Positions 41,635 to 43,693 of a DNA stretch of 43,693 nucleotides are shown piece after piece. Location of the stretch: the NCBI GenBank assembly GCA_050251945.1, contig JBFWLW010000018.1:1-43693 (forward strand), given 5' to 3'. The DNA is from Deferribacterales bacterium. Its GTDB lineage: Bacteria; Chrysiogenota; Deferribacteres; Deferribacterales; Geovibrionaceae. The notes under the pieces were generated by a model, which did no database searches, was not told the DNA's origin, and saw only the letters and a list, made by a program, of their open reading frames with translations. Position numbers and translations under genes: made by a program. Every line of letters starts with the position of its first letter. The stretch's first letter is position 1.

Positions 41635-42933
41635 TTATTTATTAATCAACTCTTTTGGAAGCGTCACCTCAACTTCGGTTCCGCGCCCTTCTTCGCTCTT
41701 AATGGAGATACTGCCTCCGTGCATACCCGTTATCTTTTTGCAAAGGCTAAGCCCCAGACCGTATCCCGTGTTTCTGGTTCTGGCAGAATCTGATCTGTAG
41801 AACGGTTCAAAAATATACGGCATATCCTTCGCAGAAATCCCTTCGCCTTTATCGGTGACGGTCAGAGTGACTCCGGAATCGTCTGCATAAGCCTTCACCG
41901 ACACCGGATCTCCGAAAGAATACTTCACTGCGTTGCCCAGCAGGTTTTTTATCAGACTCTCCATCATATCGGGGTTTGCGCATATGCTGATACTGCTGTC
42001 AACACCGGTTACGATGTTCGCACCCCTTGAATTCATTTTTGCGGCTATTTTTTCAATGAGTGCTGAAAAGTCCACTGTGTCCATCTCAACAACCCTCTCG
42101 GAGAAATTCAGTCTGGCAGATTCCAGCATTTTTGCCGTCAGACCGTCCATCTGCCCTACGTCGTCTATGATGGATTCCCGAAGCTCATCGTCCTTCACCA
42201 TGTCGGCGGCTATCCTTATGCTGGTCATGGGCGTTCGCAGTTCGTGTCCGATATCCGCAAGGAGCTGTTCCCTTGATCGCAGAGCCGTTTCAACTTCCGA
42301 CGTAAGCTCGTTAAAAGTTGTGCAGAGCTGTGCCAGTTCGTCATTTCCTCTGTGGCGTATTTTGAAGCCATAGTTGCCCTTTTTTACCTCTTCAATTGCG
42401 GAATGCATCTTTTTAATGGGTGAAAGCATGTATCTTATCAAAAGAAACGTGCAGATAAGCAGTAACATCACAGCGGCAAACATCCCGTATCCGTATGCAC
42501 GGAAACGCGTTATGTCCTCAGGCGCGGGAGACATGCGGATTATCACATTTCCAAGACCGGATTCCTGCTTTATCTCCGTGTAACCATGCATAAACCTGAT
42601 TACTATGTCACCATCCTCATACTCCGAATGGAAACCGTCTTCGGGGAAATTTTCAGGAAGAGTACCTGCCCGCCATCGCCCATCGGCGGATTCATAATCC
42701 ACTGCGATGCCAAGCCTTTCGGCGAGTTTTTCCGCTTTTTCCCTGTCAGGAGGGGTTCCGATATCGTTCACAAGATATCTTGCATAATCTGTCATCTTTG
42801 TGCGAAAACCTTTGTCCGCCTTTAGCGAGTAATAGTGTATTACCCCGAAAAAAATCATATTTATGAGAAATGCCAGACAAACCGCAAGCATAAGCAGCCT
42901 GAAAAATATCGAATGAAAATAAACCTTTCGCAT
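41635..42933 (-). CDS. HAMP-containing sensor histidine kinase
   Basis: Two TMs, HAMP (DEL), HELRTP, NAVKY, DKGEG, GYGLGL. Confidence 0.95.
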   Translation of the reverse strand: MRKVYFHSIFFRLLMLAVCLAFLINMIFFGVIHYYSLKADKGFRTKMTDYARYLVNDIGTPPDREKAEKLAERLGIAVDYESADGRWRAGTLPENFPEDGFHSEYEDGDIVIRFMHGYTEIKQESGLGNVIIRMSPAPEDITRFRAYGYGMFAAVMLLLICTFLLIRYMLSPIKKMHSAIEEVKKGNYGFKIRHRGNDELAQLCTTFNELTSEVETALRSREQLLADIGHELRTPMTSIRIAADMVKDDELRESIIDDVGQMDGLTAKMLESARLNFSERVVEMDTVDFSALIEKIAAKMNSRGANIVTGVDSSISICANPDMMESLIKNLLGNAVKYSFGDPVSVKAYADDSGVTLTVTDKGEGISAKDMPYIFEPFYRSDSARTRNTGYGLGLSLCKKITGMHGGSISIKSEEGRGTEVEVTLPKELINK

Positions 42934-42981
42934 GTTCCCTCCGTTGCTGAGTGTAATATAATTCCTATATGCTCTTTCGTG

Positions 42982-43018
42982 TGTCTAAAATTGTTTTGAA
43001 TTTGTAACAAAGTGTAAT
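42982..43018 (-). promoter_or_regulatory. Candidate OmpR-family direct-repeat binding site upstream of the kinase operon
   Basis: TGT starts at 42982, 42992, 43003, 43013; last two are TGTAA-N5-TGTAA. Confidence 0.4.
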
Positions 43019-43031
43019 AGGGGCGAACTGG

Positions 43032-43059
43032 TGGACAAGGACGCAATATTGTGTATAAT
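43032..43059 (+). promoter_or_regulatory. sigma70-type promoter of ppnP
   Basis: TGGACA-N16-TATAAT. Confidence 0.5.
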
Positions 43060-43091
43060 CTTCCGTCAGCAAACAAATACGGAGAAATGAT

Positions 43092-43403
43092 ATGTCAGAA
43101 TTCAAAAACGTTTCTGTGGTAAAAAAAGCTAACGTGTTCTTCGACGGAAAGGTCGTAAGCCGCTCTGTTATATTTGAAGACGGCTCAAGAAAGACCCTCG
43201 GGTTCATACAGCCCGGCGAATATACCTTTAACACTGCCGCGGCAGAGGTTATGGAAATACTCAGCGGCGAGATGGAGGTTCTGTTCCCCGGAAAAACAGA
43301 AAAACTCGTCATCAAAGGCAGCGGTGCCTTCGAGATACCTGCAAACTCATCTTTCACAATGTTCGTAACGTCGCCTTCCGACTACGTTTGTTCATTCGCT
43401 TAA
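43092..43403 (+). CDS. ppnP: Pyrimidine/purine nucleoside phosphorylase (YaiE/DUF1255)
   Basis: KKANVFFDGKVVSR, KTLG, YTFNT, EVMEI, DYVCSF. Confidence 0.92.
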   Translation: MSEFKNVSVVKKANVFFDGKVVSRSVIFEDGSRKTLGFIQPGEYTFNTAAAEVMEILSGEMEVLFPGKTEKLVIKGSGAFEIPANSSFTMFVTSPSDYVCSFA

Positions 43404-43410
43404 AAATACA

Positions 43411-43682
43411 GGGGAGCATACGCTCCCCACAAACCGATGACAAAGCCGGCAAAATGCGAGATCGCGTCGTCGATTTATTCGATAAATAGTTTAAAGTGGA
43501 CTCATTTCAGCAAGCTCGGTACAGAAACATTTGCAAAAATAGGCAAATGTTTTCAGCCTTCGGCTGGTGCTCCTCGCGAAGACAAAAAAACGTCTCTGCG
43601 AGGGTTTTAACCCGAAGCAGTCTAATGTGAGGCTGTGTAACTTTAGTTTGTCAACAACCTGAGGGGAGCACAGGCTCCCCTC
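43411..43682. mobile_element. Second MITE-like element flanked by a diverged duplicated hairpin, carrying REP doublet copy 6 (43458-43623) with a nested ~95-bp insertion
   Basis: GGGGAGC-N4-GCTCCCC at 43411-43428 and 43663-43680; ends ACCGATGACAAA / TTTGTCAACAACCTG. Confidence 0.62.
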
Positions 43683-43693
43683 ATATTAATCTG

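Overview
Bacterial chromosomal window, tentatively from an anaerobe of Deferribacterales type (inferred from gene style, not verified). It has four blocks. (1) About 1-17.7 kb is a TCA-cycle cluster: acnB, icd, mdh, sucCD and korDABC on the minus strand, an orphan PAS histidine kinase, a cyclase-family hydrolase, class II fumC, and a divergent two-subunit class I fumarase. (2) About 18-38 kb is a complete Lap-type adhesion system: TolC-OmpA fusion, LapG protease, LapD c-di-GMP receptor, T1SS ATPase and HlyD, and a LuxR-type regulator. These converge on a ~3665-aa adhesin with a TAAG retention module, 16 x 98-aa repeats and a vWA domain. (3) About 38-40.3 kb holds a phosphatase and an MhqR-like MarR-DoxX-nitroreductase unit. 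(4) About 40.5-43.4 kb holds a two-component locus containing a stand-alone PAS-like protein and a 29-aa membrane peptide ORF missing from the ORF track, followed by ppnP. The most unusual signals are non-coding: a dispersed REP-like doublet family (6 copies), two MITE-like elements flanked by duplicated terminator hairpins and carrying REP doublets (one with a further nested insertion), a covarying hairpin array upstream of korD, an ERIC-like palindrome, and shared operator motifs.
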